From: Amoebidium appalachense
Taxonomy: Eukaryota; Protista; Ichthyosporea
Assembly (NCBI GenBank): GCA_963693365.1
Contig: CAVNZM010000013.1
Span: 5,942,640 to 6,006,639, forward strand
Length of the DNA stretch: 64,000 nt
Direction: 5' to 3'
Both the position numbers and the translations under genes were made by a program. Position 1 is the stretch's first letter. Each line of letters starts with the position of its first letter. Positions 51,670-64,000 of the stretch are shown here, piece by piece. The notes beneath the pieces were generated by a model that was not told the origin of the DNA, did not search any database, and saw only the letters and a program-made list of their open reading frames with translations.

Positions 51670-53549
51670 ATGGGCCAAACACGCAACACGCCATCAGGGG
51701 GGTCCAGCCTTCTGGGCCTTTTCAAATCAAAGGCTAAGCACCCACCAGCCGAAGAGGCCGCGGTGTCTGCCGACCGTATGCAACAGCCGCCCGTGCCCAC
51801 TGCCACGTGTGCGCACCGCACCCGCAGCATGCGCAGTGGCCCCGATCGCTACTTCCGCATCCCTATTCTGCGCGAGCTGAGTGATGGGCGGTTTGTGCGC
51901 ATCGGACAGACATACATGCACTACCACGGCCCCTTTCCCGTGCGCAGGATAGAGCTCAGAGCAGGCCAACCCCCGCGCTGCCTGTTGGCCTACAGGTGGG
52001 TGACTTGGTGGGTGGGGGTGGGGTGGGGTGCTGAGCGATTAAGGGGGCTGTGGGGGTGTGGTGGAGGCAGCAGATTTGCTATAACCTTTGAAATTTTGAT
52101 TTGGTTTGTTTCGAAGGTAGGTGGGGAAGGGGGGGAGAGGGAGGGGGGGGGGGTTGTCAGAACAGGGCACCTAAAGGCATTTTATTTGTGGGGAGGAAAG
52201 ATTTGAGTGTGTGCATTCACATCTGCAGCTTTTATTAAATGTTTGTGTGCTGTGAATTTGCATAAAAAAAGTGCTCCATTATGCGGCGGTGAACTGAGCT
52301 GTGCATGTGTTTCATATTAAAACCCATATCCTTGAAGAGCAAAACACTACGCACATGCGCATTTTTGTTGACGTACAATGCGCAGCGGATCATTATGCCT
52401 CGTTATTGCACGTCTGGTTTTCGGGTGTAGAACTGTATGGATTTGTGCACGCTTAGTCCAACGGCTGCACTTACGGTGGTGCAATGAAGTGATTGTGAGT
52501 GCCCCATGATTCGTGTGCGTATGATGTGCTTGTGACCTTTGGGTTTGGAATTCGCATGTGTACGTGCGTGCCCAAAATATGGGTTTGCATGTGGCTCTCT
52601 CTGTGCGTGTTTGTGCCACGTTGTATGCACACACGTCATGATTATGTATGCATGCACGCGTGTGTAAATGGTGTGTGTATGTATGCTTGTATGTGTGTGT
52701 GCATGTGCTTGTGACTGTATGTGATGTATTTGTGCATGTATGTGTGCATGTAATCTCGGGCATGTGCGTAGGCGGATGTGGGTTGGCTTGCTGTGTGTTC
52801 CACGGCCAATGATGTAGCATGTAAACGAGATTACTGAATAAATTGTTTTTGTGTGGTTGAAGTCGACACGGTATGTGCGTTAAAATGTGTGTGACCTCTG
52901 CTCATGTCATTTAAGATTTTACGTGCAAGTGCTGTCTACGATGCACATGCAGCCCGTTCAGGTGCGAGTGCACACATGTATCGCAGGAGACACCGTGCCT
53001 TTTCGTGTGGGTTGCATGCAGGGCGCAGCAACTAACCTATCTGCAGGGAGGAGGAGTGGCGGGAGATGGCCGTGATCAATGCCCGTGACCTGGCCCGCTA
53101 CCGGCAGGTGGTGGTAGACGTGGAGGAATTTGAGGCGGCCTGGCAGCGCTACAACCGAGGCATCAGAGTGCTTCCCAGCCAGCTGTTTGCTCCCCCAGAC
53201 TGGGCCCTTGCTTACAGGCCCGATGACGACCCTATGCCCGAAACACCCCCATCCCCACCCACACACACACAGCAACAGAAACAAAGACACCCGCAGAGGA
53301 GAGACACGAGGTCTTCTCCCCCCCGGGCACCACCGCGGCTGCCACGGCAGTTACAGGCGCAGACAGACACGGGGGGAGGTGGACATTCACACACAGGGCC
53401 CGTCGGCCATGCAGCAGTGGCTGCAGAGGGACAAGGAGCTCAGGCAGAGGCTGGTGCGTGTGTGTGCGGGTGGGTGGGTGGGGGGGGGGGGGGGGGGGTG
53501 ATGCTGGTGTTTTCCCGCGGACAGGTGTAAGGGCTGTGCATGTGTGTGT

Positions 53550-53585
<36 letters not shown>

Positions 53586-53676
53586 CGGAGGGAAGGGGAA
53601 TGGTTCTTATGTGTGTGTGTGGAATAGGTGTAAGAGGTGTGCATGTGTGCGGGCGTGCGGAAGGTGGGGGGAAGGG

Positions 53677-53724
<48 letters not shown>

Positions 53725-55094
53725 GTGCGTGTGTTGTGCGTGTGTGTGTGTTGTGTGTGTGCTGGAATAGTTGTGATGGGTGTGGAAGTGCCTGATAAGG
53801 TTTGGATAGCTTGTGTGTGTGATTAGGTGTGTGCCCCATTGTAGATGTGATGTGTCTGTGTGATAGTGTGTTTTTTTAACTAATGTTTTTGAGCGTGCAT
53901 GTGGGTCCTGCGGGGAGGGAGGGAGGTGCCTAATGTGGTATGTGGGTGCAGGCCCATGTATGGGCGAGAATGGCTTCCCTGTGTTTTGAATGTGTGCATG
54001 TCGGATTGTGTGACTTCATGTCTCAGTGCAAAAGTGTGGCCGTGCATGGTGTGTGTGCATGTGCGTGTGTATATTCGTGTGCACGGTGTGTGTGCATGTA
54101 CGTGTGCATGGTTTGTGTGCATGCACACGTGGGTGGTGTATGTACGTGTATGTGTGCATGGCGTGTGTGAATGTACGTGTGCATGGTTTATGTGCATGTA
54201 CGTGTGCGTGAACGTGTGCATGGTATTCTCACATGATGTGTGTGCATGTAATGTGTGTATGGTTTGTGTGCATGTGCGTGGGCATGGTATGTGCATGTGA
54301 ACGTGCAAATGTGTGTCTATGAACATACATATACACACACGAGCATGCATTACGTGCATGCAATGTGTGGTGTGTGCCATGCGGTGTGTAAGCAGAGCGT
54401 TGTGCTTGCTGTGCGTGCATTGTGGTATGTGTGCAATGTGGTGAGCATTATGGCGTGCTTGAGCGTGAATGGTGGGTGTGCATGCATTTTGATGTGCGTG
54501 CAAAGTGGGCGTGCGTGCAGTGTGTGTGGTGTGCATGCAGTGTGGTGTGAGATCAGTGTGGTGTAAGTGCAGTGTGGTGTGGTGTGCATGCAGTGTGGTG
54601 TACGTGCACATGTCGTGTAACATGGTGTGGTGTGCGTGCAGTGTGGTACGGTATAAGTGTAGTGCGATGTGTGTGCAGTGTGGTGTGTTTGACACGGGCA
54701 CATGATGCCGCGGTTGCTGCTACTGCATCTGGTATGGTTGTGTGCACGTGTGAGTGTGTATGCACTTGCTGTGTGGCTGTGGGGCACGTGCTGTCACACG
54801 GTAATTGTATGCACCTGCTTGCTGTGCACGTGTGTGTTGTGTGCACGTGTGTGCTCTGTGCACCTGCTTCTTGTGCACGTGTGTGCTCTGTGCACCTGCT
54901 TCTTGTGCACGTGTGTGCTCTGTGCACCTGCTTCTTGTGCACGTGTGTGTTGTGTGCACCTGCTTCTTGTGCACGTGTGTGTTGTGTGTCCGTGTGTGTT
55001 GTGTGCACGTGTGTATTGCGTGCACATGCTGACTGTGTGTACAGGGCCAGTGTGCGGCGTGATGGAACAGCAGGCAGACACGGTCGAGGGCTGA
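51670..55094 (+). CDS. Protein of unknown function (paralog 2 of the 26.7-28.8 kb gene), 3-4 exons; 3' structure uncertain
   Basis: Exons 51670-51995 and 53047-53453 join in phase: YFRIPILRELSDGRFVRIGQTYMHYHGPFPVRRIELRAGQPPRCLLAYR-EEEWREMAVINARDLARYRQVVVDVEEFEAAWQRYNRGIRVLPSQLF. Probable +1 shift at about 53320-53376, candidate micro-exon 54698-54731, last exon 55045-55094. Confidence 0.75.
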
Positions 55095-56090
55095 TGAGTG
55101 CCCTTGGGCAGGCCGGCAATAAACGTGCACGTGCACAACCATAAACACATGACACCAGCACCGTGTCCTGAATCGGGGTGCTGGGGGGAGGGGGGGGGGG
55201 GGGGGGCTGGCAGATTTTTTTTTTTTTTTGAGTTTTTCCCTAGAACATATGAAGGTATCAGAGGTGAGGGTTTGCTTAGTTTTCCAGAAAAGGCGAACAT
55301 ATCATCGTCACAGTATATGTGGCCACAAATCAGGTGGTGTGTGGGTTTGGATGCCAATGTGGTGTAACACTATCCGCTCTTTGTGCGCCTCTGTGTGACT
55401 GCATGTCTGCATGTATGTACATTCGTGCTTTATTGTGTGTGGCTGTGTGTGGGTGGGTTAGTAGGTGGGTGGGTGGGTGGGTGGGTGGCTGTGCGACTGT
55501 GCGCGTGTGCGTGTGTCGCACTGTGTGTCTGTGTGTGTGTGTATGTGTGTGCGCGTGTGCGTGTGTCGCACTGTGTGTCTGTGTGTGTGTGTGTATGTGT
55601 GTGTATGTGTGCGTGGTATGTGTGAGTGTGGGGCTGTGTGGGTGTGTGGGTGGTACGTGTGTTGTGTGTGGATGGTTATATGCGTGTAGTGTGAGTGTGT
55701 GGTGTGTGTGTTGTGTGTGGATGGTTATGTGTGTGTAGTGTGATATGCGTGTGGGTGTGAGTGTGTGGTGTGTGTGTGTGTGTGTACGTGTGTGTGTGTG
55801 TATTGCTGCAGCCGAAAAACCAAGGCACATGCATATAGCATAGCAACAAGCTATCAACATTCGGAAGTGCACGGCCACCCCTTCTCCCACCCTCCCCGCC
55901 TTCTCCCCCCCCCCCCATCCCCCCCACCCCCCTCCCCCTTAAAATAGAAAACATTAAAATAGAAAACATTCACAACTTCTTGAAGTTCCCCCTGGGGGCC
56001 CAGGCAAGGGCAAGAGGTCACCGGGTGAGTGGGTGAGAGGAGAGGGGAGAGGGGGCAGGGGGGGAGAGAGGAGGGGTGGGGGGAGGGGGG

Positions 56091-56598
56091 AGGGCCCAAC
56101 CAGATCAGCTGATTTAACTTGCTCCGAGCAGATTTATTCTGCAAAAAGCAGAATTATTCTGCAAAAAGCAGAGAAAAAGCAGAATCAATCTGCTAAAAGC
56201 AGAATTATTCTGCAAAAGCAGAATCAATCTGCTAAAAGCAGAATTATTGTGCAAAAGCAGAAGCAATCTGCTAAAGGCAGAATCACTCTGCAAACAGCAG
56301 AATCAATCTGCTAAAAGCAGAATTAATCTGCTAAAAGCAGGATTATTCTGCCAAAAGCAGAATTATTCTAGCAGAATTATTCTGCCAAAAGCAGAATTAT
56401 TCTGCTGTCGAAAGCAGAATGATTTTTGCAGTTAATTCTGCTGAAAGCAGAATAATTCTGCTTAAAGCAGAGTGATTCTGCTTTTGCCGAATAATTCTGC
56501 TTTTTGCAGAATAATTCTGCTCTTTTTCCAGAATGATTCCGCTTTTGCAGAATAATTCTGCTTTTTGCAAGTTGACTCTGCCGATGTGGTTGGGTCCT
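56091..56598. mobile_element. Foldback/MITE-like element with imperfect TIRs and inverted arrays of an approximately 19-20 bp subrepeat
   Basis: Left end GGGCCCAACCAGATCAGCTGATTTAACTTGC compares with the reverse-complemented right end GGACCCAACCACATCGGCAGAGTCAACTTGC. The left arm has many AAAAGCAGAATTATTCTGC units and the right arm has GCAGAATAATTCTGCTTTT. Confidence 0.8.
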
Positions 56599-56649
56599 AG
56601 GGGGGGGGGGGAGGGGTCAGTTGAGCAATGGCTGAAAACTGTTTTTTTT

Positions 56650-56699
<50 letters not shown>

Positions 56700-57485
56700 G
56701 GGGAGGGTGGGTCGGTTGACCAACAGAACGAACCCTACGGCTCACTCGGACCCTATTGCCGATCAGTTGTTACCTAAGCGATAGAGACGAACCACCTGCA
56801 GAGCAAGGTGCCACCCGGATGGAAAACCGCAGCAAGTACCATGATGCGAGCATACACACACGAAAGAAACCCAATCTCAATGTGACATTCATAGTAAAAC
56901 ATGTGTGTCCAACTTGGCACATGCATCATGATGATCAGAGCATATCTTAAAATAACACGTGCAGCCACGCTCAACACATGAATAGTTCACACAGTCTTGC
57001 AGAACCCATCCCATCAAGTTGGCACCAACCATGTCCACATGTCCCCACACCCACCCACCCAGCCCACACCAAGAACTTTGATATATTTTCTAGATCTGCA
57101 CCGTCACCTCCATGCTATATATAGCTAGGTGCCTGCTCTCTTGTGCCACCGCGCCTCTGGCTCACTCAACCTCTGTGGCGTGCCCCCCCCCCCCCTCCCC
57201 CCCCCCCGCCGGGCCCCCGGGCCCCCCGGGGACCATGGCCAGTCAGTTGTCACCGGCGGACAGGCTGCTTGCCTCCTATTGGCCATGCATGCAGTCTGTT
57301 ACGACTCTCCAAGGCTGCCTTCTATCAAGCCACTGATGCCGCCTAATATGATATAGGCTAGCGCAATGCTTGTCTGGACCCACAGGGGCCATGCTTGGGA
57401 ACGTGTGGATAAACGAGCTGCTTCGCGCTGTTGGATATACTGGGATACACAATCACGGGATGAGAAGGTTTCCTTTGGCCAACTG

Positions 57486-58682
57486 CATACCCGCCGTGTA
57501 CCGGGTCTCCTTTTTGCGGACGATATTGTTCTTTGTTCCTTAACCGAAGGTGTCATGCACCAGATGCTTCGTCAGGTGGATCAATGGTGCACCGAGAATC
57601 TCATGACAGTCGGAATTGCAAAGTGTGCTACTTTTCCGAAAAACGCTTCCTTTCGATTGGCCGGTCTTCCTATTCCTGTTCAGAGCACCTGTGACTATTT
57701 GGGTATTCCTTTTACTGCACGGGGTATTGATTTCCGCAAGCTCCTCACGGCACGGATCGCTCGTGCGAAGGGTAAGCTTCACATCGTGTCAAATATGTTT
57801 CAACGGGAGTCTGTGATCCATCCTGCGAACCTTCTTCTCTACTATAAAACTTTTTTACGGCCGACTTTCGAATATGGACTTCCGCTATTGGCCCGCGCCC
57901 CACCTCGTGAGGCGGCCGTGGCGCTGAAAGAGTTCGACGATTTTCAGGGTACTGCGCTACGCACTTTGTTTCGTACTCGGTTTGTGCCTCCCTTAATCAG
58001 TATGTTTGGATTGTTGTCTGCTGTTTGTCGTATGGAGGAATTGTCTCTTCGTTTTTGTTTTCATTTAGTTAGGATACCTGATGGTCACCCTCTTTATGCT
58101 TTCTTTCCCCCCCTCCCTCCATCCCTCTTTCCCCCCGATTCACCAACGCTACTTCAGAATCTGAATGTCCTCAGCCTACCCTCTTTCAACCTGATTCTTC
58201 CTCTCGCTATCTCACTCCCTCTTTCTTTTCTCTTCCCGTTTTTTCTGCCTTTTCGCGTTATTACCATACGCAGCATAAGTTTCTTTCTCGTTCTGATAGA
58301 GAAATCAAAGGTAAAACTCAGTCGGCATGTGTTATGTTCCTTAGTAGGCAACACCGTACTGATCATTATCGCTTTTTGGGAGCTTTGGCAGGATATATTT
58401 CTCCTGCTGTACAGTATGGATACCACCCAGCTAGTAGATAAGTCTGTATGGTGCTCTGATGTTGATATTGCCTGGGAAGTTGTGCAGTGGCGTTGTAATT
58501 TTTGTTTTTATCGCCGCTGGTGCCACTTTTGTGCTGAACTTTTTAATCGCAAGCATGTTGATAGGTGTGAGTTTTTATGTCGCGTTTTACCTCTTTCCCT
58601 ACGGGTGTCTGCTACACTGGCTGGCAATGTGACCACTTTAGACTTTTTGTTGAAATTCTGTTGGTCGTCGACGTCACATTGA
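57486..58682 (+). mobile_element. 5'-truncated, degenerate non-LTR retrotransposon RT/C-terminal fragment
   Basis: PGLLFADDIVL (catalytic xADD), GIAKC, DYLGIPF, YYKTFLRPTFEYGLPLL, and C-terminal QWRCN...CHFCAELFNRKHVDRC...TLDFLL. Same group as the 10.9-12.1 kb element. A compensated frameshift near 58340-58420 is likely. Confidence 0.9.
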
Positions 58683-58874
58683 GTATTTATATGATTTTCA
58701 CACAGTGTTCAGGTATCTCAGAGTATGCACTTGTTACTGGATAACTCGGGAAGTTTTTTTTATTGTCTTCTCAGTATGCCGTGCATACTTGCATATCTTT
58801 CTGTCGAATAAATCCAGTCAAAAGAAAAAAAAAGGTTTCAATGTTATGCCCCAGGCACACTTGAGATATTGCCA

Positions 58875-59130
58875 GTAGATGATACTGCTGCAGAGGATAT
58901 ACTTGGATATCGATACACATATGCGATATATTGTCAGTATGTACTCTGTACTGCAGTACTGCTGCAGAGGATATACTTGGATACACACGCATATGCGACA
59001 TATTGGCAATATGTAAATTATGGCTGCAGAGGATATACTTGGATACACATACATGAGATATTTCCCAAGATGATACTGCAGCAAAGGATATACTTGGATG
59101 TCAATAGATGATACCGCAGCAGGGATATAT
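58875..59130. repeat. Degenerate minisatellite, about 5 copies
   Basis: Core CTGCAGAGGATATACTTGGATA recurs about every 40-75 bp. Confidence 0.8.
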
Positions 59131-59544
59131 TTAATTTGGAAAACAGACATTCTTGCTTACATCTACAATATTTGTAAGGTATGCGGGCACAGCACTACCA
59201 TGTTGGTCTGAGGATGAATATCAACTATTTCACCTATATGTTATCCAACGGTTTTGCGCGGAGCGCTACTAAAAAAAGTTATTGTTCTGAATTTTTTTTT
59301 AGTGATTGGTTGCGGTTCGCCATCCAATCAATTTCGATGGCGAATTCCAGGTAATCCCTTCATATCATCAAATCGATCAAGAGCACGGCGGTGTTTCTAG
59401 ATGGCCGTGATCAAGAGTAAGATGCTGAATGCACGCGTACATGCGCACGGCGCAGCCAGTGTACGTACGGCGCCGCGTGAGAGTCTTTCAAAGTGCCCTA
59501 TCAACTTAGTACGTCTCCCCTCCACCAACACTACCCCCCCCCCC

Positions 59545-59583
<39 letters not shown>

Positions 59584-59761
59584 CCCTCCTCTCCCCCCCC
59601 CCCCCCCCCCCCCCCGGCCCCCCCGCTCCCCCAAACATGTACATAACCCGGCACAGTGTCACGTGCACGTGCACACTGTACCTGATATGAACAACATACC
59701 CACGCGCACACACACGGACACATCCAGAAATATTTACGTGCACACGTGGTTTATGAAGTTT

Positions 59762-60172
59762 TCGTCTGTACCTTCCGTCTGTATGATGTGTTGTCTGTAC
59801 ATGTACCTTAGAAATTCCGTCTGTATGATGTGTCTGTAGCTTATTTGATAAGGTCTTTTGCCTGTACCTTCCGTCTGTATAATGTGTTTGTAACCTTTTT
59901 TTTTAACTTTCCGTCTGTACCTTCCGTCTGTATGATGTGATTGTAACTTATTTATAAGGTCTTTCAACTGTACCTTCCGTCTGTATAATGTGTTTCTCGT
60001 CCGTACCTTCCGTCTGTATGATGTGTTTGTAAAATATCTATTAACTTCTCGTCTGTACCTTCCGTCTGTATGATGTGTTTGTAACTTGTTTATCAAATTC
60101 TGGTCTGTACCTTCCGTCTGTATGATGTGTTTGTAACTTCTTTATAAACATTTCGTATGCCTTACCTTCCGT
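59762..60172. repeat. Minisatellite, about 8 copies, period about 30-60 bp
   Basis: Core CTGTACCTTCCGTCTGTAT(G/A)ATGTG is followed by related AT-rich linkers (TGTAACTT.TTTAT). Confidence 0.88.
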
Positions 60173-60403
60173 TAGTTAACCCTAATAACGTGTTTGTACC
60201 TTCGGGCACAAGAATTTATGCATGCTGGCGCAACGGCCAAGCGAGCGAGTGAGATCGGGCATTTCAATAATACTATGGGATATGATGCACATGCATTACT
60301 GTGGCATGATGCAGTACTGCTAATGCAAAGGCATTGAATGCACACATTGCAATTCTTATTGAAGTGGCATAAAAAATCATTGAACGTTATTAAAGTAAAT
60401 AGT

Positions 60404-60678
60404 TGGTCAGGTGTAAATATAAAATGGGGTCTTGGAGGTGACTTTGACAAGACCATACGAGAAAAACCTATATAGGATCATATTGCCAGGATAGTATGAA
60501 AAGGCTCGGGTGAGAATGCTGGGGGCAAAAACTGGGAAGGGGAGGGGGGATTGAAAAGGGGGGGAGGGGGGAGGTTTGTGTGTGTGTGTGCGTGTGTACG
60601 TGTGTGGATGTGTGCATGTGTGTACGTGTGTGGATGTGTGCATGTGTACACGTGTGCGGATGTGTGCATGTGCACACG

Positions 60679-60763
<85 letters not shown>

Positions 60764-61050
60764 ACGGTGAGGGCCCAGAGAGTGGGGTGGGTGGTGGTGG
60801 GGGGGGGGGGGGGGGAGGGCAGGGGATTCACTCTGCAACTCTGGTGGATGAGGGGGAGGAAGAGAGGACAGAAAGAGAGGGTAGTGAATGGAGGTTGCAA
60901 GAAGGCCCGGGGGGGGGGGGAGGGGGGGGGAGGGGGGGGGGGGGGGCGGTTTGGCTTCTGGGTGCTTCTGTTGGTTTCAAGAGGAAGACGGTGGTCTGGG
61001 AGGGTTGGGGGGGTGGAAGGTCATTGTCGTATGTGTGCATGTGTGTGTGT

Positions 61051-61111
<61 letters not shown>

Positions 61112-61520
61112 AAGGTGAGGGCCCAGGGAGTGGAGAGGGGGGGGGGGGGGGGGGGGGAGGGGATTCACTCTGCAACGTCAGGCTGTAGCTGGCCTTTTAG
61201 ATGACATAGAATATCCGGGGGATATGGCCAGTTTTATTATCCTTTGGGCCTTCCTCCCTCTGTGTATCCGTCATAAACTAGTACATTAAATCACAGTATG
61301 ATATTGAGATACGATGCCCATAGTAACTCCTTTCACCGGGAGAGCTACTGTACCACTCAGTCTGCTAGCCTCTGAGTATGTGGATGGTCCGAACGCCCCA
61401 CCAACCACTGGTGGGGGATGGGGAGCTCCGAGAGTGACCTGGGGAGGGAGGGAGGAAGGGGGCACTCGAGGAGAGGGGTGGGGAGGGATTCAATCAGCAA
61501 CTTAGCTGGCTGGTCCGTCT

Positions 61521-61574
<54 letters not shown>

Positions 61575-61845
61575 GGGGGGGGGGGGGAGGGGGGGGGGGG
61601 GGGGGGCACATGATGGTTTTGTTAATTTTTTCTTTTTCTCTCTTTCAAGATACCGTTGTAACTTACTGTAGTTTTTTGCAGTATCTTTCGGGCATACAAA
61701 TACAATTAAAGTGAAATCATCGGAAGTAACTCAGTGGTCAGGTGTAAAGAATAGAACGTGGTCCTGGAGGTGACTGACATCATCACAAGAAATAAAACCA
61801 ATAAGTGGAAAGCATGATAGTATGAAAGGGCTCGGGTGGAAATGG
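60404..61845 (+). repeat. Diverged local duplication (about 60404-60520 and about 61736-61845)
   Basis: TGGTCAGGTGTAAA...TGGAGGTGACT...GATAGTATGAAA.GGCTCGGGTG occurs in both. GTGAGGGCCCAG...GGGGATTCACTCTGCAAC is also repeated at about 60766 and 61115. Confidence 0.7.
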
Positions 61846-62466
61846 GGGGGGGGAAGGGGGAAGAGAGGGGGTGGGGGGAGGGGGGAGGTGAAGCTGCGGG
61901 GGTACAGTAGGGGATGAAACTTTGGGGGGGGGGGGGGGGGGGGGGGGAGGGGGGGGGGAGGGGGGGGGGGGGGTGAACCGTGATCAGAATTATCGATTCG
62001 ATTGACTATAACAGACCCCCAGAGCAAGCCAAAACACTAAGCATACATACAAAAAACAGTCATTCGTAGACAAAAGGCAGCACACACAAAGGATATACCC
62101 CCCCCCCCCCCCCCCCCCCGGGGCTCTCCCCAAACTCTGATCAAAAGGCCCTGCCCAAAATGTAGCCACACACGCCGCACACACACTGCTATCACGATGG
62201 CAGCCATACTAGTGCATATATTAACTTGCAGCAGCATCACCACATCACACGACATGAGATTCACCATAAAATAACACCGGTATCCCCCTTAGAGCATAGG
62301 TAAAAACCGTTGCTTACAGGTAAAATACAGTTACTCTGATAGTGCAGGTGAATTACAGTAACCGTGACCCCTCCACATGTTCATTCAAGAGGAATAGGGG
62401 CATAGAGCATTAAATATGGGTGGCAGAGCCACGGAATACCGGGTACAGAACCATTAAATATAGGTG

Positions 62467-62547
<81 letters not shown>

Positions 62548-63256
62548 ACGGTGTGTGTGTGTGTGTGTGTGTATGTTTGTAACTACGGGCATACAAATGC
62601 TTGTACAGTCAGCTGCCGTGCATACCCGACCAAGCGAGTGAGACCAGGCATTTTCAATATGAAATCGGATGTGGGATATGGACCACGTGCACATGTACAC
62701 CGTGTCACGCATGCAGTTAGTTAGTATAATACTGACACATGCAATGCACAGCCACAGCCATTGAATGCATGCATCAGTAAAATTACATATTCATTCATGC
62801 TGAAGGTGTGTAAATAAATAAATTCATAAATGAAGCTTTTTGATGACCCACACCAACACATCCCTCCCCCCCTCCCCCCCCCCCCCCCCCCCTGCCTAAC
62901 CACACCAACACATCCTACCCCCCCCCACACCCCCCCCCCCCTTCCCCCACCCCCTCCCCCCCTCCCCAGTCTACCCGCCCACAAAGCCAAGGGATATAGC
63001 AACAGCTAGCCATAAAAATCTAAGCACAGATATCGAACGATATTCGTTATTTTCGTACACAGCCACACACATGGCCATGGTCGTTCGGATTTGGTTCTGG
63101 TTTTTGGGTCTCTCTCTCTCTGTGTGTGTGTGTGTTGTGTGTGTGTGTGTGTGTGTGTGCGAGCGCGCGCGTGCGAGTGTGTCTGTGTGTATGTGTGTGT
63201 GTGTTCGGGGAGGGGGGGAGGGGGTGTTATTAGTGGGAAAATCTGGCTGGAGTGAG

Positions 63257-63295
<39 letters not shown>

Positions 63296-63551
63296 CCCTC
63301 CACCACATATGGTGATGAAGTCCACCATGTCACAAACCGATTAGTGATACTCGTGCACCGGGCCGTGACCAAGCAAAAACTGGGGAACATACTATGCCAC
63401 GATTGTGAGTGAAGGGGAACTCGTGTGTGTATGTGTGTGTGTGTGTTTGTGTGTGTGTGCATGTGTAAAGATGTGTAAGTGTGCACGTGTGTCTGTGTGT
63501 GTGCACGTGTTACGTGAGTGCACACTTGCGTGCCACAGGTGTGTGTGTGTA

Positions 63552-63587
<36 letters not shown>

Positions 63588-63702
63588 TGTGTGTACGTGC
63601 TGCACGTGTGTGTGTGTGTGTGGTGTACCGAGGGGGGGAGGTGTGTGTGTGTCTTTATGCACGTGTGTCCATGTCCGAAGCTGTGCACGTGTGTGATGTG
63701 TG

Positions 63703-63860
<158 letters not shown>

Positions 63861-64000
63861 CAGAGAGAGGAGAGAGAGAGAGCGTGTGTGTGTGTGTGGG
63901 AGGTGTGCCGAGGGGGGGGGGAGGGTGTGTGTGTGTATTTGTGTATATGCACGTGTACCACAGTGTGTGTGTGTGTGTGTGTGCACGTGTGTATGCATGT

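Noticed and set aside
59762-60172. CRISPR-like array (conserved core of about 25 bp with variable linkers)
   Set aside because: The linkers resemble each other and vary in length, there are no cas genes, and the context is eukaryotic. It is a minisatellite.

Overview
Intron-rich eukaryotic genomic DNA with GT-AG introns, frequent CTAAC/CTGAC branch points near the acceptors, and very many (CA/TG)n, (GCCT)n and poly-G/C tracts. Most ORFs in the supplied track are microsatellite artefacts, so genes were rebuilt by hand from splice sites. They are: the 5' part of a probable mitochondrial protein (-); an 8-exon trypsin-like serine protease with a long unrecognised C-terminal extension (-); an EDR2 C-terminal (DUF1336) domain protein (-); two paralogs of an unrecognised family (26.7-28.8 kb, -, and 51.7-55.1 kb, +); a small signal-peptide/single-TM protein broken by a +1 frameshift (-); and a head-to-head FAM32A / COP9 signalosome subunit 2 pair sharing a CRE/ATF-rich promoter. 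Mobile DNA comprises 5'-truncated non-LTR retrotransposons, a palindromic MITE, a foldback-like element and several minisatellites. Animal-like FAM32A and CSN2 beside a DUF1336 gene suggest a unicellular holozoan such as an ichthyosporean (inference only). No rRNA, tRNA, CRISPR or prokaryotic/viral system was recognised. The best novelty candidates are the unrecognised paralog family, its apparently non-canonical micro-exon, and a +1 shift on a CCC_UUU_CGC motif. Homopolymer sequencing error is a serious alternative for all the frameshifts.
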